Source: Pseudoalteromonas translucida KMM 520 (GTDB lineage: Bacteria; Pseudomonadota; Gammaproteobacteria; Enterobacterales; Alteromonadaceae). Taken from it: 32,000 nt of DNA. Both the position numbers and the translations under genes were made by a program. This document shows, one piece after another, positions 20,584 through 28,985 of this stretch. Numbering within the stretch: the stretch's first letter is position 1; each line of letters opens with the position of its first letter. The stretch lies in NCBI RefSeq assembly GCF_001465295.1, contig NZ_CP011034.1, forward strand, positions 150,001 to 182,000, in the 5' to 3' direction. The notes under the pieces are model-generated. The model was not told the DNA's origin and searched no databases. It was given only the letters and a program-made list of their open reading frames with translations.

Positions 20584-21969
20584 CTAATTAATGTTGCGCT
20601 CTTTTAATTTACGGGTCAATGTATTGCGTCCCCAGCCTATTTTTATAGCGGCTTCTTGTTTGTGGCCTGCGCAATTGGCGAGTGCTGCTTTTATTAAGCG
20701 GGTTTCGAGTTGCGCTTGAATATTAGGCCAAATATTTTCCTTACCTTGTTTAAGTTCCTGATTAAGCCATAACTGGAAGGCATCTAACCAATCGCCTTCT
20801 TCTTGAGTTAGTGAGGCATTAATAATTTCAGGTGGCAAGTCTTGCTCGCTAACAAGCTCGCCAGGAGCCATAACCGTAAGCCAACGGCAGGTGTTTTCTA
20901 ATTGGCGTACGTTACCGGGCCAACTGAACAAGCGTAGCTGCTCAATTGCTTTCAGGCTAAGAATTTTGCTTTCTACTTGCAGATCTTTAGCGCTTTTATG
21001 TAAAAAGTGCAGTGCTAGACGCTCAATGTCTTCGGTACGTTCTCGAAGGGCAGGTAAGCGCAGGCGCACTACATTTAAGCGATGAAATAAATCATCCCTA
21101 AACTTGCCTTGTTTTACTAGCTCTTCAAGGTTTTGATGGGTTGCAGCAATAATACGCACATCTACTTTTATGCTTTTATGCCCGCCAACACGGTAAAACT
21201 CTCCATCAGATAATACCCGCAGTAATCGAGTTTGTACGTCGAGGGGCATATCGCCAATTTCATCTAAAAATAGGGTGCCGCCATTGGCTTGTTCAAAGCG
21301 GCCTTTTCGCACGCTATCTGCACCAGTAAAAGCCCCTTTTTCATGGCCGAATAATTCTGACTCAACCAGTTCTTTAGGAATTGCGGCCATATTTAGCGCA
21401 ATAAATTGGTTTTCTTTACGCGGGCTATGGTTGTGCAGGGCGCTGGCAACAAGCTCTTTACCTGTTCCTGACTCACCATTAATAAGTACACTCATGCTTG
21501 AAGCTGCAAGCTTACCTATGGCCCTAAACACTTCTTGCATAGCAGGTGCTTCGCCAATTATATGTGCGCTTTTAGGGGGCGTGAGTTTACGTTTAACTTT
21601 TTTTGTAGAATTAGCTCTATAGGCGCTTTCAACTAGGGCAACCGCTTCGTTTAAATCAAAAGGTTTGGCTAAATATTCAAAAGCCCCTTTTTGAAAAGCA
21701 TTTACGGCGGAATCGAGATCTGAATGCGCGGTAATAATAATAACCGGTAAGCCGGGCACTTGCTCTGCTATTAGCTCCAGCAGTGCCATGCCGTCCATTC
21801 CGGGCATTCTTACATCGGAGATCAGCACGCTCGGTTGGCTAAATTTTAATGCATTAAGCACACTTTGTGCTTCAGCAAAGCTTTGTACTGTAAAACCTGC
21901 GCGAGTAAGCGCTTTTTCTAATACAAAACGAATAGAGGCATCGTCATCTACAAGCCAAACTGTTTTCAT
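20584..21969 (-). CDS. glnG: Nitrogen regulation protein NR(I), sigma54-dependent response regulator
   Basis: Receiver domain (DDDASIRFVL, SDVRMPGMDG), AAA+ Walker A GESGTGKE, sigma54-contact GAFTGA, and a C-terminal HTH (GWGRNTLTRKLKE). Confidence 0.96.
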   Translation of the reverse strand: MKTVWLVDDDASIRFVLEKALTRAGFTVQSFAEAQSVLNALKFSQPSVLISDVRMPGMDGMALLELIAEQVPGLPVIIITAHSDLDSAVNAFQKGAFEYLAKPFDLNEAVALVESAYRANSTKKVKRKLTPPKSAHIIGEAPAMQEVFRAIGKLAASSMSVLINGESGTGKELVASALHNHSPRKENQFIALNMAAIPKELVESELFGHEKGAFTGADSVRKGRFEQANGGTLFLDEIGDMPLDVQTRLLRVLSDGEFYRVGGHKSIKVDVRIIAATHQNLEELVKQGKFRDDLFHRLNVVRLRLPALRERTEDIERLALHFLHKSAKDLQVESKILSLKAIEQLRLFSWPGNVRQLENTCRWLTVMAPGELVSEQDLPPEIINASLTQEEGDWLDAFQLWLNQELKQGKENIWPNIQAQLETRLIKAALANCAGHKQEAAIKIGWGRNTLTRKLKERNIN

Positions 21970-21984
21970 GCGTACTCCAAGGCG

Positions 21985-23055
21985 TTAATCTGCAAGAGGC
22001 AGATAAATATTAAATTCGGTGTGACCAGGCCAGCTATCGCACTCAATATAACCATTGTGTTGATCAATTAATGTTTGCGCTATAGAAAGTCCCAATCCAG
22101 AGCCGCCATCTTTATTGGTGATCATCGGATAAAACAAAGTATCGCGTACACTAATATCAATCCCTGGGCCATTATCGAGCACTTGAATTAACAAGGCTTT
22201 TTTTGGTGCCTTACCGGGCCTACGGTGCTGATAGTTAATTCGGGTTTTAATTTTTATTTCCCCACCATTAACTAATGCCTGCTGGGCATTACGCACAATA
22301 TTAAGTACCACTTGTTGCACTTTACTTTGGTCAATATAGACATCGGGAATACTCGGGTCGTAATCTTTTACCAAGCGAATATTGTCACTATTATCTAGGG
22401 TACTTAATTTGATCACCGACTCTAAAGTTTGATGTATATTGCCATAAGACTTTTGCGGTAATTGGTTAGGCCCAAGTAGTCTATCTACTAACTCACGCAG
22501 TCGGTCGGCTTGCTCAATAATAAGCTCGGCACATTCATTTCTTTCTTGCTGGTCTACCTCGTACTGCAATAACTGCGCCGCTCCGCGAATTCCCCCTAAA
22601 GGGTTTTTAATTTCGTGTGCTAAACCACGAATTAAATTACGTGCGGCTTGGTATTGATGCATTTGGTTTGATGCTTGATCGAATTTAATTTCATCATCGG
22701 TTTGCCGACATTCTAATAAAATATAAAGCGCACCTTGGTATTTTATCTGTTTTGAACTGACCGCTAATTTAGCATGGCGAGAATCAACAAATACCACGTC
22801 AGCCCTATGCTGGTGGCAATCTACGCCATCAATTAAAGAGTATTGCGCTATGCGTTTTAAATCGATTGAATGGTAGTTAAATAAATCATCAAAAGATTGC
22901 CCTAATAAACGCTTAGTGCCTAAACCAAGCAGCTCGCTGGTACTGGTATTGGCGTAAATAAGCGTAAAGCTTTCGTTTAAAAGCATCACGGCGGTGGTTT
23001 GATTTTGCCATATGGCATTGAGTAGCTCAGGGCTAAAGTGTGTGTTATTAAGCAT
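21985..23055 (-). CDS. glnL: Nitrogen regulation sensor kinase NR(II)
   Basis: H-box GLAHEIKNPLGG, N-box VLNIVRNAQQA, G-boxes DNGPGI and GGSGLGLSIA. Colinear with E. coli NtrB. A 15-nt gap separates it from ntrC. Confidence 0.95.
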   Translation of the reverse strand: MLNNTHFSPELLNAIWQNQTTAVMLLNESFTLIYANTSTSELLGLGTKRLLGQSFDDLFNYHSIDLKRIAQYSLIDGVDCHQHRADVVFVDSRHAKLAVSSKQIKYQGALYILLECRQTDDEIKFDQASNQMHQYQAARNLIRGLAHEIKNPLGGIRGAAQLLQYEVDQQERNECAELIIEQADRLRELVDRLLGPNQLPQKSYGNIHQTLESVIKLSTLDNSDNIRLVKDYDPSIPDVYIDQSKVQQVVLNIVRNAQQALVNGGEIKIKTRINYQHRRPGKAPKKALLIQVLDNGPGIDISVRDTLFYPMITNKDGGSGLGLSIAQTLIDQHNGYIECDSWPGHTEFNIYLPLAD

Positions 23056-23058
23056 AGT

Positions 23059-23075
23059 TGCACCATTTTAGTGCG
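23059..23075. promoter_or_regulatory. NtrC-type operator directly upstream of ntrB
   Basis: TGCACCATTTTAGTGCG matches the TGCACCA-N3-TGGTGCA consensus at 12 of 14 positions. It lies 4 nt from the ntrB start codon and overlaps a minus-strand TTGCCT-N16-TAAAAT element (23092-23065). Confidence 0.5.
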
Positions 23076-23147
23076 CCTGTATTTTCAGGCAAGTAATTTA
23101 ATGAAATTGCACTGCAATTGCTATTTTTAATGTGAATTAGGAGGGAG

Positions 23148-23693
23148 TTAATTACCTAAGCTTAAGCCTTTTCTGTGCATAAAAAACACACTTAATGGGC
23201 TTATCGCAATAACTTGGTTTTGTTTGTTGTACAGCTTAACTTGCAGAGTGTGCTCACCACGCTCTACATCTCTTAAAGCAAAGGTTGAGGTATCACTTGC
23301 TGCGCCATAGGCTTTACCATCAAGCAATAGCTGTATTGTAAAGTCGTTTTCAAAGCGGGGGGTAATGCGAGCAGATACATACACAGAGCCGGTATTTTCA
23401 CGAATAGTTTGTTTGTGCTCAGGCGATGCAATACCAATACTAAATGCAACTGGTTGCACTTTAGTTTGGCTATTTAAAATATCAGTATTTGTTGCAGGCA
23501 TGGTTAAATCTTGGCTGGTGAGTTTTATCTCTTTGGCGCCAATATGAGGGGTATCTGAAAACACCAGTACGCCATTTTTATCTTTCCATGCGTAAATTTT
23601 TTTTTCACCAGCGTAACTACAAACACTTAATAATGAAGTAATTAGTAGTAATAAAATCTTGCTACTCACTCTGCAACCCTGCATTTTTAACAT
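23148..23693 (-). CDS. Exported DUF4124 domain protein located between glnA and ntrB
   Basis: 181 aa. Signal-like segment SKILLLLITSLLSVCSYAG, then the DUF4124 signature KIYAWKDKNGVLVFSDTPH, then a ~100-aa beta-rich C-terminal region. Confidence 0.75.
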   Translation of the reverse strand: MLKMQGCRVSSKILLLLITSLLSVCSYAGEKKIYAWKDKNGVLVFSDTPHIGAKEIKLTSQDLTMPATNTDILNSQTKVQPVAFSIGIASPEHKQTIRENTGSVYVSARITPRFENDFTIQLLLDGKAYGAASDTSTFALRDVERGEHTLQVKLYNKQNQVIAISPLSVFFMHRKGLSLGN

Positions 23694-23731
23694 TAACTTT
23701 ACTTTAGTGGAGAAAGTACTAATTTACCATT

Positions 23732-23752
23732 AAAAAAGCCCGCAATGCGGGC
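23732..23752 (-). terminator. Intrinsic terminator after glnA
   Basis: On the minus strand, GCCCGC-ATT-GCGGGC is followed by TTTTTT (complement of 23732-23737). It lies 33 nt after the glnA stop. Partial read-through into downstream genes is possible, as in enteric glnALG. Confidence 0.8.
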
Positions 23753-23784
23753 TTAAATATATATTTTGTAACTGTTAATTAAAA

Positions 23785-25191
23785 TTAACAGCTGTAATAC
23801 ATTTCAAACTCAATTGGGTGCGTTGTCATGTTAAGTTTTTCAACTTCTTGACTCTTAAGTTTAATGTAAGCATCAATTAAATCATTAGAGAACACATCAC
23901 CTTGATTTAAAAACTCACGGTCAGCATCAAGACATGCCAATGCTTCTTCTAATGAAGAGGCAACGGTTGGAATTTCTGCAGCTTCTTCTGCCGGTAGGTC
24001 GTATAAATCTTTATCCATTGCATCACCAGGATGGATTTTATTTTTAATTCCATCAAGGCCAGCCATAAGCATGGCAGCAAAAGCAAGATACGGGTTAGCC
24101 GTTGCATCAGGGAAGCGTACTTCAATACGACGACCTTTGGCCGATGGTACTACCGGAATACGAATTGATGCCGAACGGTTACGTGCAGAGTATGCAAGCA
24201 TTACTGGTGCTTCGTAACCTGGTACTAAACGTTTGTACGAGTTAGTAGAGGCGTTAGCAAACGCATTAATTGCTTTAGCATGTTTAATAATACCGCCAAT
24301 GTAATAAAGCGCATCTTCAGAAAGACCGCCGTACTTATCACCTGCAAATAAGTTAACACCGTCTTTAGCTAACGACTGATGACAATGCATACCAGAGCCG
24401 TTATCGCCAACAATAGGTTTAGGCATAAAAGTGGCTGTTTTGCCGTATAAATGAGCCATGTTATGAATAACATACTTCATTTCTTGAATTTCATCGGCTT
24501 TAATTACCATAGTATTAAAGCGCGTAGCAATTTCGTTTTGCCCTGCAGTTGCTACTTCGTGATGATGCGCTTCAACAACTTGTCCCATTTCTTCTAATAC
24601 TAGACAAGTAGCAGAGCGCCAATCTTGAAAGTCATCAACAGGAGCAACTGGGAAGTAACCGCCTTTAACGCCAGGGCGATGACCTGTATTGCCGTCTGCG
24701 TATTCTTTATCTGAGTTCCAAGCAGCTTGCTTAGAATCGATTTTGTACATAGAGCCAGACATGTCTGTTTTATATTTTACGTCATCAAATACGAAGAACT
24801 CTGGCTCTGGGCCAAATAAAACCGTATCAGCAATACCCGTAGAGCGCATATATTCTTCAGCACGCTTTGCTACAGAGCGAGGATCGCGCTCGTAACCTTG
24901 TAATGTAGAAGGCTCTACTACGTCACAACGTATAATTAATGTGGCTTCTTCAGTGAATGGGTCAAGCTTAGCTGATTCAGCAACAGGCATTAACACCATG
25001 TCTGATTCGTTTATGCCTTTCCAGCCAGCAATTGAAGAACCATCGAACATTTTACCATCTTCAAAAAAGTCTTCATCAATTTGATGATGAGGAATTGAAA
25101 TATGCTGCTCTTTACCTTTGGTATCAGTAAAGCGTAAATCAATGAACTTAACGTCATTTTCTTTAATAAAATCTAAAACCGATTGCGACAT
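23785..25191 (-). CDS. glnA: Glutamine synthetase type I
   Basis: 468 aa, colinear with E. coli GlnA. The adenylylation-site context [10 protein letters not shown] is present. A strong SD GGAGGACAC lies before the ATG. Confidence 0.97.
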   Translation of the reverse strand: MSQSVLDFIKENDVKFIDLRFTDTKGKEQHISIPHHQIDEDFFEDGKMFDGSSIAGWKGINESDMVLMPVAESAKLDPFTEEATLIIRCDVVEPSTLQGYERDPRSVAKRAEEYMRSTGIADTVLFGPEPEFFVFDDVKYKTDMSGSMYKIDSKQAAWNSDKEYADGNTGHRPGVKGGYFPVAPVDDFQDWRSATCLVLEEMGQVVEAHHHEVATAGQNEIATRFNTMVIKADEIQEMKYVIHNMAHLYGKTATFMPKPIVGDNGSGMHCHQSLAKDGVNLFAGDKYGGLSEDALYYIGGIIKHAKAINAFANASTNSYKRLVPGYEAPVMLAYSARNRSASIRIPVVPSAKGRRIEVRFPDATANPYLAFAAMLMAGLDGIKNKIHPGDAMDKDLYDLPAEEAAEIPTVASSLEEALACLDADREFLNQGDVFSNDLIDAYIKLKSQEVEKLNMTTHPIEFEMYYSC

Positions 25192-25246
25192 GTGTCCTCC
25201 AACTATAAGGTTTTATTATTGCTGCTTAAATGCTTTGTGTTTTATA

Positions 25247-25262
25247 AGCTGATTTTGTGCCA
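25247..25262 (-). promoter_or_regulatory. Sigma54 promoter (glnAp2-like)
   Basis: The minus strand reads TGGCACAAAATCAGCT, with GG-N10-GC spacing intact. It closely resembles E. coli glnAp2 TGGCACAGATTTCGCT as I recall it. It lies about 55-70 nt upstream of the glnA ATG. Confidence 0.75.
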
Positions 25263-25324
25263 CTATTGTAACTTAATGTTTATAAACATAAAAAATACAA
25301 AAGTAATAACGGCGGTTACTAATG

Positions 25325-25341
25325 CGCACCATTTTGGTGCG
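25325..25341. promoter_or_regulatory. NtrC enhancer site 1 (perfect palindrome)
   Basis: CGCACCATTTTGGTGCG contains GCACCA-TTT-TGGTGC, a perfect inverted repeat matching the NtrC consensus core. It is centred roughly 95-100 nt upstream of the predicted sigma54 transcription start. Confidence 0.75.
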
Positions 25342-25345
25342 TAAA

Positions 25346-25362
25346 TGCTTCAATATAGTGCA
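25346..25362. promoter_or_regulatory. NtrC enhancer site 2 (weaker)
   Basis: TGCTTCAATATAGTGCA matches 11 of 14 consensus positions. Its centre is 21 bp (two helical turns) from site 1. It overlaps a minus-strand TATATT that could be a glnAp1-like -10. Confidence 0.4.
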
Positions 25363-25700
25363 ACAGTTACAGAGTAAAAAGTTGCTCGCTATTTAATCGT
25401 GATAGACTAACATAAAGTAAATACAAAAGACTGACCAAAATAGCAATAAAGTCATTAAAGTGGAGGTTTTTATAAAAATATTAAAAATTTTATTTTTATA
25501 ATTAGTTAATTTAAAACAGTAGGTTAAATAAAAAAACCAGAAAGTTTGCAAATTTATTTTGGATAAACTTTCATCCATTCCATTTATAAGGGATAATATG
25601 CGCCCTTTTAAATCCTATGCTGGGACATCTCGTGAAAACGCAGGTGAGTGCGTAAGCCCCTGCAGGATCAATGAGATTCAATTTCTCTGAGTGAATATTA

Positions 25701-27524
25701 ATGAGTATCGAAAAGATAAGAAATATAGCAATTATCGCCCACGTTGACCACGGTAAAACTACACTGGTTGACAAACTGCTTGAGTTTTCAGGCACATTAG
25801 AAACACGCGGCGGTAATGAAGAGCGCGTGATGGATTCAAACGATATAGAAAGAGAGCGTGGTATTACCATTTTAGCGAAAAACACCGCTATTTCATGGAA
25901 CGGCTACCACATTAATATCGTAGATACTCCAGGACACGCCGATTTCGGTGGTGAAGTGGAACGCGTACTTTCAATGGCTGACTCAGTATTACTAATTGTT
26001 GACGCTCAAGAAGGCCCAATGCCACAAACGCGTTTTGTTACGCAAAAGGCATTTGCGCAAGGTTTAAAGCCAATCGTAGTAATTAACAAAATCGACAAGC
26101 CAAGTGCACGTCCTGATTGGGTTATGGATCAAATCTTTGATTTATTCGATAACTTAGGCGCCACTGACGAGCAGTTAGATTTTAAAGTAATCTATGCATC
26201 AGCAATCAACGGCTGGGCAACATTAGATTTAGACGAGCCATCTGATAACATGGATGCCATGTTCCAAATGATCGTTGACGAAGTATCACCACCAGATGCA
26301 GATCCTGAAGGTGACTTCCAAATGCAGATTTCTCAACTTGATTACAACTCATACGTGGGTGTAATTGGTGTTGGTCGTATCAAGCGTGGTTCTGTTGCTC
26401 CAAACCAACAAGTAACTATTATTAGTGCTGATGGTACTAAACGTAACGGTAAAATTGGTACAGTACAAAGCTACTTAGGCCTTGAGCGTATCGAAACTGA
26501 CCGTGGTTATGCAGGTAACATCGTTACTGTAACCGGTATTGGCGAGCTTAAGATTTCAGACACTGTTTGTTGTCCTACTAACGTTGAAGCATTACCACCA
26601 CTAAGTGTTGATGAGCCAACAGTAACAATGACATTCTCTGTAAATAACTCACCTTTTTGTGGTAAAGAAGGTAAGTTTGTAACGTCACGTAATATTCGTG
26701 AGCGTTTAGACAAAGAATTAGTACACAACGTAGCACTTCGCGTTGAAGATACAGCTAGCCCAGATAGCTTCCGTGTTTCTGGCCGTGGTGAGTTACACCT
26801 AGGTATCTTAATCGAAAACATGCGTCGTGAAGGTTACGAGCTTGCAGTATCTCGTCCAGAGGTAATTTTGCGTACTGTTGACGGTGTATTAGAAGAACCG
26901 TTTGAAACAGTAACAATTGACTGTCAAGAAGAGCATCAGGGTTCTGTAATGGAGCAAGTTGGCCTACGTAAAGGTGAGCTTACTAACATGTCTCCAGATG
27001 GCAAAGGCCGTATGCGTTTAGACTTTATTATCCCAAGCCGTGGCTTAATTGGTTTCCAAACTGATTTCATGACGCTTACTTCGGGTTCTGGTCTTATGTA
27101 CCATACGTTCGATCATTACGGTCCTCATAAAGGCGGTTCAATCGGTGTTCGTAAAAACGGCGTAATCATTGCAAATGCTACAGGTAAAGCACTGACTAAC
27201 GCATTGTTTAATTTACAAGAGCGCGGCCGTTTATTCATCGGTCACGGTGTTGAAGTTTACGAAGGTATGGTTATCGGTATTCATAACCGTGATAACGACC
27301 TTACAGTTAACGCCCTTAAAGGTAAGCAGTTAACTAACGTACGTGCATCTGGTACAGATGAAGCGCAAACGCTTTCTCCACCTTTAAACTATTCACTTGA
27401 GCAAGCGCTTGAGTTTATTGATGAAGATGAGTTAGTTGAAGTAACGCCACTAAACATTCGTATTCGTAAGCGTCATCTTACAGAAAACGAACGTAAACGT
27501 GCGGGTCGTGCACCTAAGTCATAA
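25701..27524 (+). CDS. typA: Translational GTPase TypA/BipA
   Basis: 607 aa. G1 [10 protein letters not shown]3 DTPGHADF, G4 NKID. Divergent from glnA, as in E. coli. Confidence 0.97.
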   Translation: MSIEKIRNIAIIAHVDHGKTTLVDKLLEFSGTLETRGGNEERVMDSNDIERERGITILAKNTAISWNGYHINIVDTPGHADFGGEVERVLSMADSVLLIVDAQEGPMPQTRFVTQKAFAQGLKPIVVINKIDKPSARPDWVMDQIFDLFDNLGATDEQLDFKVIYASAINGWATLDLDEPSDNMDAMFQMIVDEVSPPDADPEGDFQMQISQLDYNSYVGVIGVGRIKRGSVAPNQQVTIISADGTKRNGKIGTVQSYLGLERIETDRGYAGNIVTVTGIGELKISDTVCCPTNVEALPPLSVDEPTVTMTFSVNNSPFCGKEGKFVTSRNIRERLDKELVHNVALRVEDTASPDSFRVSGRGELHLGILIENMRREGYELAVSRPEVILRTVDGVLEEPFETVTIDCQEEHQGSVMEQVGLRKGELTNMSPDGKGRMRLDFIIPSRGLIGFQTDFMTLTSGSGLMYHTFDHYGPHKGGSIGVRKNGVIIANATGKALTNALFNLQERGRLFIGHGVEVYEGMVIGIHNRDNDLTVNALKGKQLTNVRASGTDEAQTLSPPLNYSLEQALEFIDEDELVEVTPLNIRIRKRHLTENERKRAGRAPKS

Positions 27525-27552
27525 TCTATTAATTTAGAATAATGATTTTAAA

Positions 27553-27586
27553 AGCCGCTGTATTGTAAAATACAGCGGCTTTTTTG
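27553..27586 (+). terminator. Intrinsic terminator after typA
   Basis: AGCCGCTGTA (27553-27562) pairs with TACAGCGGCT (27571-27580), a 10-bp stem followed by TTTTTT. Confidence 0.88.
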
Positions 27587-27806
27587 TGTTTGTGGGTTAG
27601 CTAAAAACAGATTAAAGAGGGTAGGTTAAAGAAATTATCATCACCGCGGTGCTGTGCACTACATTGAGTTTTTCTCCTCTAAAAGCGCAGCGCCTCTTAA
27701 CCTCTTTGTGAATAATTCACTTAAAGATCTTTTGTCGCAGAATGAGAATAAAAAGTAAAAGGGAGAGCTGAAAACAGCCGATAATGCGAAGTACTAGTGT
27801 TTGTTG

Positions 27807-27852
27807 GTAGGGTATTTTTTCGTTGGGTTTCGCTGCGCTCAACCCAACCTAC
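27807..27852. repeat. REP-like imperfect palindromic element
   Basis: GTTGGGTT (27822-27829) pairs with AACCCAAC (27841-27848) around an 11-nt GC-rich loop TCGCTGCGCTC. An outer GTAGG (27807-27811) pairs with CCTAC (27848-27852). It lies 10 nt after the MBL-gene stop, with no U-tract on that strand. Only a single copy is in the window, so repeat status is unverified. Confidence 0.35.
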
Positions 27853-27861
27853 GTACATTAC

Positions 27862-28941
27862 TTAAAGTTTAATTGTTTCGCCTTCATTTAAAATATACAG
27901 CGGTATTGGTGCATTCATTTGTTTATACATATGCAGTAAGCGCGATAGTGCTGAGTGGCTGCTGTGATCCCCCATTTGCCAGCTTGAGTTGCCATATCCC
28001 CATGGTATCATTACTTTGCAATTAAGCTCTGTGGCTGCATTAAGGGCATCCTCTGGCGTGGTATGAACGTAGCGATACCCTTTAGCGTTGGTTTTATGGT
28101 AATAAGAGGCAATTGGCATTAGGCATAGATCTATATCACCGTATTTTTGTTGTATGTCTTTAAAATGTTGTGAATAGCCAGTATCGCCGGCAAAAAATAA
28201 GGTGCTGCCATTTTGTTCAAGCAGCCAGCCATTCCAAGAATCTTTATTATCATCTTCGTAAATATAAGGGATAAGCACCCGATTACTAAAGTGATGCGCA
28301 GGCACTGCGTGTATGGTTAAGTCCTCAATGCTGGTTTTTGCATACCACGCCATTTCAGTAATATTAAAGCCACCCATTGGGAAGTTATCTGCCATGCCTA
28401 GGGGGGCTAAATAACGTGGTTGATTCCCCAGTTTTTTAATATCTGCTTTATTAAAGTGATCGTAATGAATATGCGAATACATAACGGCGTTAATGTTTTC
28501 AAGTGTTTGCTTATTTGGCCATGCTCCGGGTTTGCGATAAAACCCACCGGCAAGCTTAAAGCCTAAATCAACCGGTGAATCAAACTGCTCACTAACCGGA
28601 TCAAATAATACATTTTGCCCATTAGGTGTGCTGACCACAAAGCTGGCATGCCCTAACCAACGAACCGTATAACCAGTATTGAGCTGCGGCTTAATTTGCT
28701 TCCCTTGATACTGGCAGTTGCTGCTGGGTGTTTCGCAAATCAAGTCTGGATGTGGCGGGTAGCAATTTTGCTCGCAGGTGGTTGGGTAAACCTTTTTGCC
28801 TGGATATAAATTATGGTAACGGCCTGTTTGGTTGTTAACGGCAATAACTGAGTTTTTGTCAGCTATTTTTTGCACCTGATTAGGCGTACTACACGCTGAT
28901 AAAAAACAGCTTATAAAGATTATAAGGGCAATGTTTTTCAT
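27862..28941 (-). CDS. MBL-fold metallo-hydrolase lipoprotein (COG2220-like)
   Basis: HxHxDH motif (YSHIHYDH) and a WLGHASFVV block. Starting at the ATG at 28941, the N-terminus MKNIALIIFISCFLSAC has a canonical lipobox LSAC. The track start at 28977 adds 12 residues and has no SD. Confidence 0.85.
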   Translation of the reverse strand: MKNIALIIFISCFLSACSTPNQVQKIADKNSVIAVNNQTGRYHNLYPGKKVYPTTCEQNCYPPHPDLICETPSSNCQYQGKQIKPQLNTGYTVRWLGHASFVVSTPNGQNVLFDPVSEQFDSPVDLGFKLAGGFYRKPGAWPNKQTLENINAVMYSHIHYDHFNKADIKKLGNQPRYLAPLGMADNFPMGGFNITEMAWYAKTSIEDLTIHAVPAHHFSNRVLIPYIYEDDNKDSWNGWLLEQNGSTLFFAGDTGYSQHFKDIQQKYGDIDLCLMPIASYYHKTNAKGYRYVHTTPEDALNAATELNCKVMIPWGYGNSSWQMGDHSSHSALSRLLHMYKQMNAPIPLYILNEGETIKL

Positions 28942-28985
28942 AATTAAATCCGTTTTAAATAGTGCTAAAGCAGCCATGCAGCCAT

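Noticed and set aside
20112-20591. 159-aa plus-strand ORF covering the whole cNMP-binding gene in antisense.
   Set aside because: The translation is Ser/Arg/Leu/Ile-rich low complexity with no motif, which is typical of the antisense frame of a real gene. The minus-strand ORF has a clear CRP-like cNMP-binding signature.
23694-23784. Possible GlnZ-like sRNA derived from the glnA 3' UTR, as described in enterics.
   Set aside because: Only about 33 nt separate the glnA stop from the terminator stem. That is too short to argue for a processed regulatory RNA from sequence alone.
25393-25885. Minus-strand ORFs of 61 and 104 aa in the glnA-typA intergenic region.
   Set aside because: One lies in the extreme AT-rich regulatory tract. 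The other runs antisense across the typA start. Neither has an SD or a recognisable motif, and the region is better explained as divergent promoters.
27659-27678. Minus-strand AGGAG, 9 nt, then ATG-TAG: a start-stop mini-ORF in the typA/MBL spacer.
   Set aside because: It is a single occurrence with no evidence of transcription. It could easily arise by chance.
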